From Dimorphilus gyrociliatus (Eukaryota; Animalia; Annelida), in contig CAJFCJ010000022.1 of the NCBI GenBank assembly GCA_904063045.1, positions 434,001 to 498,000 of the forward strand: a DNA stretch of 64,000 nt. Direction: 5' to 3'. A program made the translations under genes and the position numbers. Numbering within the stretch: position 1 is the stretch's first letter; each line of letters begins with the position of its first letter. Positions 21,079-32,907 of the stretch are shown here, one piece after another. The notes under the pieces are model-generated. The model saw nothing but the letters and a program-made list of their open reading frames with translations, did no database searches and was not told the origin of the DNA.

Positions 21079-24000
21079 ATTCATAAATATCATTTCATAT
21101 ATATATATATACCAATAGGTGATTTACGTTATTTAGGTAAAAGCTAAAAACTGGTTTTGATAAGAAAGTAATAAGCTAAAATTATTTTTTGTCGATTTTC
21201 ATTTTCCCATTAGCGAGTATCATATAATTATTTTATTAATAGCTAGAAGGAGTTAGTTCCTCCGTATCACATAAAAAATATAATTCTATATTCTTTTTTG
21301 CAATAGTAATAACTAAAATAAACTTGATATTGTCACAGTCAAAACTTTAATTTCTCAATTACGCAACCCTTATCCTTTTGTAGGTAACTACTAATTTAGA
21401 CGCAGAAATAATAATATAGATAAAATTAAAGCCAAGTATTAGAATAGATTGATAGATGCAACCATTTAAAGAGACAAATGATATTGTTAAAAGTAAATTA
21501 AGAAGAAAATAAAACTACCTTGATTAAATCAGAAATTAAAAAGTACCTTAATTGTCCATAATTGAAAAAGCTCTTTGATATTTATATTAAAGATATTACA
21601 TAACTCATTTCTCTTTTTTTAAACTTTTCAGTGTTTCTACATCATTTTAATAGCATTTTCCTCTATGATTACAATAAATAATATCATATATCAAACACTA
21701 ACAGCACTTTGCTTAAAGACGGACTTGGGAGGAGTTAGAAAAGGGAAAGGTAAAAAAATATTAAAAAAATATCTTTTCGATCACATTTCCACGTACATCT
21801 ATAGAATTACTTTTAACGCTCTTCAAATAAATGCAGTAATAAGTTAATAAACTAAATAATAATCTGGAAATGTCAGTAAAAAGTATAATAAAAAAATAAT
21901 ATAAAACTTTCAATAAAGATGTGCTTGGTAAAAAAAAAAGGATAAAAAATACAACAGAAGATTTGCTAGATTGGAAGGCAATTTTTATTTAAACGTTATA
22001 TAAGTTTTAAGTAATTAATGAGTGACCTGAAATAACATAGATTGCAATTAAAAGTTAAAAAATGAATGACTTTCGTTCATGGCAAGGAACAATTTAGATT
22101 ATATATATTTATATATATATATATATATATGTTTCTGAAAGACAAAATTCAAAAATAACAAGCAAACCTTCTGCTAACAATAATAATCAAATTTCTCTAT
22201 ATTCCATATCACAGAAATCAGTACACATCAGAAACAAGACACTAGAATACGTCACGTGAAAATCAGTAATAGAAATTGGAATTGAATACGTTATTAAAAG
22301 TTATATTAATATATGTATATTTGTATTACGTAAGATAAATATATTCATATAACCTCTTTGATACATTCATGTCCCGCACTTAAAATTTCTTTTTAACGAT
22401 GATTAAAAAACGTAGCCAGAAAAGATGTAGATTTTATAAAAATAAACTGCTTTATGCCACAAAGTGATACACATAAAAGATTTTTAAAAAAGTCTAAGTT
22501 AAAATGCACTTTTTTCTGCAATCCAAAATGGGCCTACAATGAAACTTTCATACATAAATGCTTGTATGAACAATTTATATTCATATATGCATTTACATAT
22601 ATACTGCATATATGTATATATCAAGTATGTATATGTATGTATGTATGTATGTATGTATATATATATATAAATATATACATATATATATATATATATTGAT
22701 ATAATATTTTTTCGGTAAGTGTCTAAGTACACTTTGGTAAATTTCCCCCGATTGATTTATAAGCTTTCTCAATTCCATAAAACAAGAAATAAGTTTTGGT
22801 TAAGACCAATCTCGAACACCAATTTTAGGTATTCAAAAAAGGTTTCATTCACTAAAATTGAATATGTAGTTGGCATAGGGTTAAACGAGCAACTCAAATA
22901 TTATTGGGGCAAAGCAAATGCGGATGTGAAGAAAACTCACCGCGGATAAACGGTTTTCCAGGTACAAACTCTGGAACATTCACATTCAACTGCCCAGAAT
23001 TCTGGTTAAGACCCAATGAGGATGCTGGAGGCAGCTGAGGGGCCACTTCTGGTTCAGTCGATTCCAAAGGCCACTCAGCAGGTGATTCAATGGTTCGAAT
23101 TTTCGCTTCGTCTTCTGACAATTCTACTTTTGTACTCATTTTTAGAGCACGAGCAATCTGTCCCAAGTCCTGCGTCAGGCTTCGCATTCTATGGAAGCTT
23201 GCAATTAGACCTATATCAACCCATCCAGTTCCTGGTTCCATTTTACGGCGTATGTAGATATCCCCTTGGAGGTTCTCGGGAGACAAATAATATTCCCTGT
23301 ACCAAAGGCATGAACCGATTAACCATAAGTATTATTTACGTTACCGGGATTAAACTAAGGTACTTGTTAATATTGCCTATTGCGATATAGGTATAACTTC
23401 ATATCTAAAGTTATCCTTGCCCAGGGACAATAGGCTTATAATTTAATTGGAAAAGAAATAATACAAAAATTAACATACACTTGGTTTTTTATCAAATCCA
23501 TAACGACATTCTCATCGTTTGCTCCAGTGAAACTGTTATAGTAGACTGGTCCTGGCAAAGGTACAAAATTGTTGCCAACAGCCATGTCGACTGGTTCAGG
23601 CGTAGTTTCAAACGTAGGAGCAGAAGCGGCTTCATAAACATCAGCTGCAAAAAAAATTATACTAACTTGATAAGCCATGTTAGCTTGATAAGATAAAAAT
23701 GTTAGAACTAAAATAGGATCACATGAACATTGTTGACCCTTGGCTCTCTTAAATTTATTCTAGAACGTCTACCGAGCAAATCAGCGTAATACGATCGGCT
23801 AAGTAGTATCTAAGACAATTGTACGATAACTATAGAAGCGCTTTTCGTTGATATTCTGGTATTTTTCGTAGATAAAATGGCCCAGGACGGAAAATCAATA
23901 AGTATAATTTCTTACAATGTAGAAGTAGAAAACATTTTTTCTCACTTTGAATAATTCCTTTGTAAATAGATTTTAAAACGTTCTGAACGCGAAATTCATT

Positions 24001-26024
24001 GGTAACGATAAAACATCATCATTTATCACAGTGTAGACAGGTTGTACTACATTCAGACACTCTAAACGAAAACATTATGATAAAGTCATATTATTTTATG
24101 ATAGATACTACTCATAAGTAAATTTTCAAAGACCAAGAGCTTATAGTATTATGAGCTTTAATACCAGTTTACATTAACCTATATATACTAACAAATCATT
24201 TGTAACTAGCAATTGGTAAATTCTAATATTAATAAAAGACCAATGGTTATTATTTATATGGCAGTACCATTAGAAATAAATCTCTCTTGAACCTATACAT
24301 TATAAATGTTCAGTGTTCGGTTCATCTGCTTGCGTAAACACTCTTCTTTTGCAAATATTACAACGAAATTCTCAAGCCGAGCAATAGGTCTATAAATATA
24401 GCTTATATCGTCTTGATCTTATTTTTGCTTTTCTTATTCATTCAATATTCTTTATAAATCAACTAGAACAAGCGCTAACTCTTATGACCTAAATTTAGTT
24501 AAGTCTGCCGAACCAACAATTACACCTCAAATTACAGCTATACACTGCACAATAGAGAATAGATTTTATCGGATTTAAATAGTAACAAATATTTCAATCT
24601 AGTACTGCACCAAAACGATGTGATTGGGTCATTAGCTAGTTGCTAACCACGTTTACTATAACCAACAGATTTTTAGTGATTAGAGTTCAAATTTTTATGA
24701 TTAGCTATAAATATAATAAAAACAAAGTAGAATGATTTAGTTTTCATATACTTACAAGCACTGGCAGGTCGATTAAATCTCGAATTTCCGCGTCCTCCTG
24801 CACTGCCTCTTCCTCTTAACCCCCTACCGAATCCTCTACCTCGCCAATTTGAACTCCACTGACCTCTTCTTCCGCCTCTGCCTCTGCCATTGGCGCCTGG
24901 CGAATTCTCTCGACTTCGACTACGTCTGGAATATCTTTCCTTCTTGGGTAATTCTATTTCTAGCTGCTTCCATTTTTGCTTTGAGCTTGATTTCTTTCTT
25001 ACGGAATTATCTTCTGAACCGCCGTTTTTGTTTTCCTTCGACGAATCATCAGTACTGTCGCCGTTTGAAGCTTCCTTCTTGTCTTTTGTTTCGACAACGT
25101 CAAGAAGGGACGGCCAATTTTCCGTGTCATTTATTGCCTTCTTCTCAGGAGTAGGCACTTTGCCTTTCTCCTCGACTTTTTTCTCAGGTTTTATAACTTG
25201 TTCCTCTGTAAAGAAGAATAATAATTGTAATCAAGTTCTTTTCACTGATACGAAGATTGCTTGATGTACGTTATTTAGACCTATTTAAGAGAATAGTAAG
25301 AAAATGTCTAGATACTCTTTTTAACCAATTAAAAAAAATTATGTACGAGATAATAATATTAGTACATTTAATTGAAAAAAAACTAGATCAACCATTTGGA
25401 CAAAGCTAGATTCTTGTTTCTTTAACAAATTTTCATTTTCAAAGATAGAATAGAAAGAAAAATGGGTCGTGTTGACCTTGGACTTTAATCGATGTTCGCT
25501 ATTAAAATTGGCCAGTTTTTTATTCTAATGACGATTCTGTTCAATTGCTATTAATATTTCAATTGAAACAATAGACTGCGAAAATATACTTTGTCGATAA
25601 TCAAGAACTTTTTTTAACAAAAATTCTCTCAGTTCTAAAAATTAATGGGAATATCTAAAGCAAATTTTTTCGGAAGTACGTTAATTATTATTACACAAAT
25701 TGAATGTTGAAAAAATAGAAGATGGTATTGATAAGGCTGAAAATTTCACAGGTGTTGCCACGTGCAAACTAATACAATCAAGTGACTTATATCCACCTCG
25801 ATGCAACAGGAATTGTATCCTTCAAATACAATTAATCTACGATACAAACCTGTTGAATTATTGGAGTTAACTTTCCTCCACGGATTAGTTTTCGGTATTG
25901 GAGCTTCGACATATTGCTTACTATTTTCCAAAGAATTTTGCTTACGCAAGTCGCTTTGAGCATCTTCCAATTCAACGTCCTTCGATGCAACTGGATTTGG
26001 GGGTACCTCAGCGGCAGTCGCCAT
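18766..26024 (-). CDS. LARP1: La-related protein 1 (La motif, PAM2, DM15 cap/TOP-binding domain)
   Basis: La motif '[24 protein letters not shown]...IASFHRM', PAM2 '[11 protein letters not shown]', '[18 protein letters not shown]', DM15 '[16 protein letters not shown]...[14 protein letters not shown]...[12 protein letters not shown]'. Terminal exon 18834-18766 ends in TAG. Confidence 0.96.
22612..22696. repeat. Compound (TATG)n/(TA)n microsatellite in a LARP1 intron
   Basis: Visible; it generates the spurious IYIY ORFs in the ORF track. Confidence 0.9.
23295..23437 (-). ncRNA. Box H/ACA snoRNA in a LARP1 intron, predicted to guide pseudouridylation of 28S rRNA at the site equivalent to yeast 25S U2314
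   Basis: Hairpin 1 (GCCUAUUG/CAAUAGGC; AUAACUU/AAGUUAU), H box AUAUUA (23373-23368), hairpin 2, ACA (23300-23298) plus 3 nt. Pocket-2 arms UUCAUGC and UUAAUC pair with conserved 28S GCAUGAA-U-G-GAUUAA, with 14 nt from pocket to ACA. Confidence 0.78.
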
Positions 26025-27408
26025 AATGTTGCTTTAAAAGCTGAAGTTAAAAAAAGAATAAATTAGCTGAGTTGAATAATGTTAAAAATAGTTTTCTTAA
26101 AAAAAGATTAAAATTAAACAATATAGGTATATATTAATAAACAGTCATAACCCAAGCATTTTTATGAACAAAAAATATATTGAACAAGTTTAACACAACA
26201 GAAGGTAATACCGTTGAATTGCCAATTTATTCATATCAGTAATATACACTATTACCTTCCGACTATATACATAAACGAAACAAAAAGAATCGATAAAATA
26301 TTAATTTAACCATTTGAAAGTCGCCAAAATATTTCTATAATTGAAAAAAAAATTCAATGAAAAAAATAAATTAAAGCATCAGACTTATCGTCTTCAATTC
26401 TCGTCTGCTACGTTAACAGTTTTTGTACTGTCTAAAATAGAGCCAACTCATGTCTGGTCCGTGTAACCTTCAATGACCGTTACTGTCACAAAACCGAATA
26501 GTTTACCTCGATTTTAACTGTCTCTACGTTAAAACTGATCTTTAAGTTATTTTTAGTCAGTTTCAGCTCTAAAAGAACGCGAATGTTAAAACACGTTTTT
26601 TTGACAACCCGACCACCACGTCCTTGTTCCAGCTGTTTCGATTAAATTCATTCATTTCCAACAAAAATTTCATCTCCACAAACGCCATTACTGCCACGCT
26701 CTTGAAACAATGTCAAAAAAGGTAAAAGAAGGTCTTGCAAAACCACAAAGTCGATTTTTTAGGGCATGCTTCTTATATCACCAATTCTTCCTAAAAACTT
26801 GCAATTTTTGACAAAAGAGGTCATAAATATCGAATACAATATTAATTCTTAGTAAAAGTTGATAAAAAATGGGTTATAGCGACAAAAAATGAAATTTGAA
26901 GTAACACGTGCTTCACCAAAGGGAACATGACAACAAACACGTCGTCACTCCTTGAAAACTCACTTTTTCTCACGAAAACGTACAGCAAACAACAGCCAAA
27001 CTGGATTATAAATATTCAGATATGTTTTTGTCTATGTAAATAATAGCTTCTGCACCCTATTTTGGCCTTTTTTAGGCTGAAAATTGGGAAAATACGCAGT
27101 TTCTCCTTCAATAATCCATAGTGGCCATTTTCTTAAAGCGTGAGTGCGCATGTGTGGAATCGGAAACGAGACCGCCACAGTTTTCCGGTTCTGATATACT
27201 TTACCATTTTCTTCCGACCAGTTGTGTATTTCCCGCTAAAAATTGATTTTATTAAGTATAATATACATTTCCTATTTTTATTTTTAAATTCGCAAAAATT
27301 TTAAAACATTGGGTAAAATATCTAAAATATGAAATAAAATAAAGTCTGTAATAAAATCGGCCAAATAGTTAACGATTGGTCTATTTATAAACTACTCTTT
27401 GGGCGATA
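26025..27408. promoter_or_regulatory. Divergent (head-to-head) LARP1/GEN1 promoter and 5'UTR region
   Basis: Start codons face away 1.4 kb apart; locally CpG-richer; NRF1-like TGCGCATGTG near 27145. Confidence 0.5.
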
Positions 27409-30086
27409 ATGGGTGTAACTGACCTTTGGAAAATAGTTTCAACTCAAATTGTTACGAAATCTTTAGAAGATCTAAGAGGACAAACAGTTGCTGTTGATTT
27501 GAGTCAATGGATAATGGAATGCGAAAATTCTGCTTGGAAGCATACCATGCAGAAAGCTCATATTCGTAACTTATTTTGTCGAGTTACAAGTCTACTAAAG
27601 CACGGCATCATACCCATATTTGTGCTGGATGGAGAGACGCCTGACCTGAAGAAAAGAGGTAAAGGAAGACTTGCTGGAACACCTGTCAGAACTGTCAAAG
27701 AAGTAAGCATAAACTGAAAGTATACTTTATTGATCTAAATTGCAGCTTATTAAAGTGTTGTAGACTACTTACATGTATCGGCTTAGAAAGTCTCCAAAGT
27801 CCGGGTGAAGCGGAAGCTACTATGGCTCATCTAAATTCGAAAGATGTAAGACTTATTTAATGATTAGAATTCAATTGAAAGAGGAAGAAATCGATGTCAA
27901 ACCTTAAATTGACAAATAAAAAATCTCTTTCAGATCGTTGACGCTTGTTTAACAGATGATAGTGATTCGTTCCTCTTTGGAGCCAAAATAGTTTATACAA
28001 AATTTAGTTCTATGGAAAGAACTGTACGTATTAGACTTTATTGAATTTTTTATCTAAAAAAAAAGACTTGTTCGAATATAGAAGAACCTAATACGATCAT
28101 TCATTCACTCTCCATTAACAATTGCAGGCCGATAACGTTTCGGTTTTTAAATCCTCTTCAATACAATCAAGCTTAAATCTAACTAGGGAGAAACTTGTTG
28201 CGTTGGCGTTGTTCGTTGGTTGCGACTTTACAGATGGTGTTAAAGGAATTGGTAAGGAAAAATTTTTAAAATGGTTAAAGAGTATAGATGACAACGAAGA
28301 TGTCCTCGAAAGGTAGGAAATGAGCGGAATTTATTACATCTTTTGATAAAGGGCGAAATCAAAAGTAATTTTTGTTTCTAAGATTACGTGGATGGAAAAC
28401 AGCACCTGAGCCTTCAGTCATAGGTGAATTCTTGAAGCTAAAAAAGAAAAGTCACTGTGGAGAGTGCTCTCATCTAGGTAGTATAACATAATTCAAAGAC
28501 GTAAACAAAAGAAATATTCTTAGAGATGTTAAAAGAGCAAAACTTATAGCCATTTCATGTCTCATTAATAATTCTTATTGAAGAGAAAAAAGCTTATCAA
28601 TAATGTCTCTCCCTGTCTAATGAATCGAAAAATGTATATGTATGATATAATCATTTTTCAATGATTAATCTTCTAATACTATCTTTCAAATTAACCCCAC
28701 AGGCTAGTTTACAAACGAAAGTCTTGAAATCATATAATAGCTGTAATGCATAATGTATTGTTTTCAATTATACTACTTTACACACGTAGCTGGCTTTACA
28801 GGTTCCACAAAACAACATTTAAAGAATGGCTGTGCAGACTGTTTGAATAATGTATGTTCAAAGCTATGCAAAGAACGGTCATGTTCTTGTGATTGGCATC
28901 GACTAAAAGATTTAACAGAATCTATTCTCCTAGAAAGCAAATTACGTAGCGCAGCAATAAACCAATATCCAGATTTCCCCGATGAAAAAGTAAATTTTTT
29001 ACTAAAACAAAAACCAATTTATTTAGTTTAGCACGGATGAGAAACTTGCAATTTCTAACAGGTTATTGATATATTTCTACGTCCAAAAGTGGTTGAAAAG
29101 GCAGAGAAACCAACATGGATGAAGCCAAATTATAACGCCTTGAAGGTAATGTTACTATTAGATATATTTTTATACATATCTATATACAGTATATATTTGT
29201 ATAATAATACAAGTCGATATGTATAAAGTGTTGGACAAATCTGTTTTGCTTCATAGAACTTTCTTACTGATCATCTCGACTGGACAATAGAAGAAGCAAC
29301 CAGTAAAATTTTACCCTTGATTACTCTATGGTATTTACGTAACAATGATAAGGAAAGTCTTAAACCCAGTCGGTAAGTAAAATATCTAGGAAAAAAATAT
29401 CCTCTCGTGATATAATATTATACTATCTTCTATTATCTTGATAAAATAAAAAAAAAAACAAAAATATGCATAGAATTGTTAAGAGTCGGCAACAATACTT
29501 CCAATCAAAACTGGAAATTGTGTGGGAAAAAATCGAAGGAATTGATATTGAGAGTCCTACAACGTTGGAGAGATTTGAAGACATAGAATGTACTTTTCCG
29601 GAGTTAGTGGAGCACTTTCTTGCAGCGAAACGGGGAAAGAAGAATACAAAAAGAGGAAAGAAGAAGGATGTACTCCAAAGAAAGATAACGGATTCTTTTA
29701 AAATTGTAAAAAATCCTCATCATTTCTGTTCGAAAGGGAGAGAGAGTCTTAGGAGATCTGTGTCTTTAGAAGATATTAGGGTAATTAAATCCCCAATAGG
29801 TGAACAATTAACAGAAGATGTTATTGAAGAGGAAAAAGATTCTCAATCGCATATAAAACAAGAAAAAACGCCTTTTCCTGTTAAATATGAATCAGATGAT
29901 TCTTTACCCTCCTTAACAAAGTTTATAAGAAGAAAAGTTGATAAGCATAGAAAGCCGAAACTTGCAGATAAGGAAAAGCCAAAGTTTATAATGTCATCAT
30001 CCGAAAGCAATTCGGAAGATGAAATCTCTGAGAAAAAATCTTGTACCCAGTTTTCGTTGAATTTTAGTCTAGATTCATCTTTTTAA
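27409..30086 (+). CDS. GEN1: Holliday junction resolvase GEN1 (XPG/Rad2 nuclease family)
   Basis: XPG-N 'MGVTDLW...AVDLSQW...IFVLDG', XPG-I 'PGEAEA..A.L', 'TDDSDSFLFGA', H2TH 'GCDFTDGVKGIG', GEN1-type 'HCGECSHLGS...NGC..C'. Short GT-AG introns (27703-27755, 27846-27933, 28024-28127 and others). Confidence 0.93.
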
Positions 30087-31851
30087 ACGCTTCAACTCCT
30101 CTCTCTTTCTCTCGTTTTATTATCTATTTTCAGCTTATAAATTGAGTTGCACTACTCTTCTTTCTTTGTTGCTATATTATTTTAACTGACTGTTTTTTAA
30201 TCAATAATAAAAATGAAAAGGAACGAAAATCGAACGTTTTAACGAAGTCATCAGTTCAAAAAATTTTTAAAACGTACTACGTCAATTCTGTTTATCGAAT
30301 AAAATAGCTTTTTAACAGATTTATTTTTATTCTCAGTATGGGGAAAAGGATATATTTGTCACTTTTTATTAGGTAAACTCTCAATTAACGACCCCAAAAA
30401 GGAAAATGAATTTGATATATGTTCAATGCTATATATATTTTAGTTCGTTTATTCTTGTTCAATTAACAATAAATACATTGTTTCGAAAGCTCAGTTTAAA
30501 CTGGTATGTTAATCCTATTCTCTATGCATTGTATCTAAAGTATGAATATAAGGAATGTTATAACTCGGAATGGACAATGAGATAATTTTTTATAAAGTGA
30601 TATTGTTAAACATTACAAAAGAGCTTTAAACTGACTTTCCCTTGTTGGAATAATAATAAAAAACCACTGTTAGATAAAAAAAAAGAATGGGCACTATCTG
30701 ATTATCGAATTTCGAATGAATGTTCCCAGAATGATCCTATTTGGTAAAAGTGCTCTGTAAAGATCATACTCGTAATAAAACGTAGAGAGTAATTTATCAT
30801 TTGCTTTCATCGATTTTCTTTTTCCATGTGTCAATTTATACCTACGAAACTAATTCTGTTTTTATTTCGTAGGGTATAAAGGCATGATTATACGTAATAT
30901 ATGTAGTACTGTATAAGAGTCTGTCTTTAACGACAATGGATTACTTATTAATCAACGAGTTAACTCTTGATCGTTTGGAAAAGAGATAAAACGACTAATT
31001 ATTTATTGAAAAAGAAAAAGTAGGAAAAGGCGCGTGATAAATGAAAATTGGTTTTCTCTCTTCTATAAGATTTTTCCAAGAAAATCATAAAAATGATCAT
31101 AAGATATTTGGTTAAGAAATACCAAGCTATTGAATATTTTCTGTTTTAGCTTTGACTTTCAATCAAACTAAACAAGTGTTACAAATTGTATTTCCTTCCT
31201 GTAAAACTTCATAGTTCATTAACACTGTTTGATTGATGGCTGTAGGCCAGTGCTTTTTCCAGAATTATCTTATTGTCAAAGTTCGTCAGAATGGTAAGGG
31301 ATCGAAAAGAAATACTTTTATTTTTCTGAAGGGGGAGCATATTAGTTTAGGTTTGTTATTCGTATCGTTTCCGAAAGACAAGTCACGGTAAAAGTAGACT
31401 GAAGGACTGCAATATACATGTAGAGTAGACGGTGAGTAGTGTACGTAAACTGAATAAATCCTCCGTCTATATAGAGCACATCCAGTATTGTTTGAAAAAA
31501 ATCTACGATATAGTAAAAGACGTCAGAGGTGAAGAAGAATTGTTCGGCTGTTTATTCGTTTGATTTTTCAAGTATGTAATATCTTATTTAGGAAATTTAA
31601 AAAAGAAACTAAAAATTATCAAGTATATATTTCTTCTAACAGCTTTCTCACTGACATTTGCGTCAGTAATTTGTCCCAAAGCGACGTTTTGTGCCAGCAA
31701 TTTTGTATTTTACGCACGTTCTTTCTACTAAATAGACTCTTGACGAAACTTGACAAGTGTCACAACATCAATGCCTCTAAATGTATGAATAACAAACGCT
31801 TTACAACGCACATCAGGCTAGATAATGACAGCGAAATATAGAATAATTATA

Positions 31852-32907
31852 CTAGTTCTCCCGCCTTCCACTCCTATCAAAAACTGTCATGTTAGTAATT
31901 TGTGTATTGGTTACTTGCTTCTTCTTGCAACCGAACAATTTGGCTAAATTTTTTCTAAAGTAGCTTCCGGAGAAACAATAGACAAAAAAGTTGACCGCGT
32001 TATTAGAATAGTATAAAAGAAAGCAAATTGTTCTTGCCATCTGGAAGGCTTCCTCGGATACACTTGTTCCATTTTTTATTTGTCTCAGTATTGAATGTGG
32101 TCCGGTCAAAACCACAAAGGCAATACTAACGCCAACGAGCATTACAGATGTCGTCATTTGTTTATCAACCTTGTTGACTTTCCTCTCTCCAGAAGATTTG
32201 AAAAAGATTTGCTGCTGTCCTTCGGCTAGCATCGACTTCCTTCTTCTAAACGTAACAATTAACTTATGAACTATGAATAGGTTCCCTATCAATATTAAGG
32301 CGAAAGGGATGGTTAATATCAGTACCAGGTCGCTAATTGGTAGTATTTGTTTATAGAAAAATTCGAATGAGGAAACGATAGAGCATTTTAATATTTTTGC
32401 TTGATATTTTGTCGAATTGAGCTCTAAACTTGAATTTCTAAGAGGTCGAAGCTGAATTTTAACACCCCAGAATATATGCATTGCGTAGGAGACAAGTGAA
32501 GCTCCTAGAAGTAGAATTCCAACGGCTACTCTCTTCTTTGTCAACCAACAGCCGGCTTTCAGGGGCCAGTGGGTAGAAATTACTCTCAACCATGTAATGA
32601 AGACAATTAACCAGCTGCTAAATGCCCAAAGGACATATGCTAGGAAAAAAAGGAGTTTGCAAAGTAGCTGGGATTGGTCCCTGATGTTGAAGCTAAACTC
32701 CTTTAACCAGTAATAGCTGAGTTCTGTCAGTAGTATGATTGAGTCGGTACAAGCAAGGATAACTAATGGTACACTAAAAATATCTTTTCTACATTTTCTT
32801 GATAAGTAAACCAAGGCAGAGAGGCAATTTCCAACTAGGCCTATAGCCATGATTGTCGGAGCGGCGAAGAGCATAAGATTTTTCCTGACACTTTCCAACA
32901 AGGACAT
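31852..32907 (-). CDS. Intronless class A 7TM GPCR, same orphan peptide-receptor-like group as 7048-8103
   Basis: 351 aa, 7 TM, GLVGN, LACTD, LCKL, NFFVY; DRY replaced by LRV. Strong acceptor (ttcttccttctcag, AG at 32960-32959) in the 5'UTR. Confidence 0.92.
   Translation of the reverse strand: MSLLESVRKNLMLFAAPTIMAIGLVGNCLSALVYLSRKCRKDIFSVPLVILACTDSIILLTELSYYWLKEFSFNIRDQSQLLCKLLFFLAYVLWAFSSWLIVFITWLRVISTHWPLKAGCWLTKKRVAVGILLLGASLVSYAMHIFWGVKIQLRPLRNSSLELNSTKYQAKILKCSIVSSFEFFYKQILPISDLVLILTIPFALILIGNLFIVHKLIVTFRRRKSMLAEGQQQIFFKSSGERKVNKVDKQMTTSVMLVGVSIAFVVLTGPHSILRQIKNGTSVSEEAFQMARTICFLLYYSNNAVNFFVYCFSGSYFRKNLAKLFGCKKKQVTNTQITNMTVFDRSGRREN

Noticed and set aside
21680-22190. Possible 6-9 nt microexons in the long LARP1 intron
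   Set aside because: Splice-like signals are frequent in AT-rich introns and there is no transcript evidence.
22454-22949. Overlapping ORFs rich in IY/YI repeats
   Set aside because: Translation of TA/TATG microsatellites in a LARP1 intron.
24849-25264. ORFs 24849-25154 and 24890-25264 (also 7323-7580, 11608-11820, 14957-15331, 19716-19913, 23016-23390, 43023-43292, 50881-51165, 57363-57578)
   Set aside because: Antisense or alternative-frame shadows of real exons with no independent protein signature.
7048-32907. Both GPCRs are exactly 351 aa and oppositely oriented
   Set aside because: The sequences are highly divergent with no nucleotide-level inverted repeat; equal length is probably coincidence.
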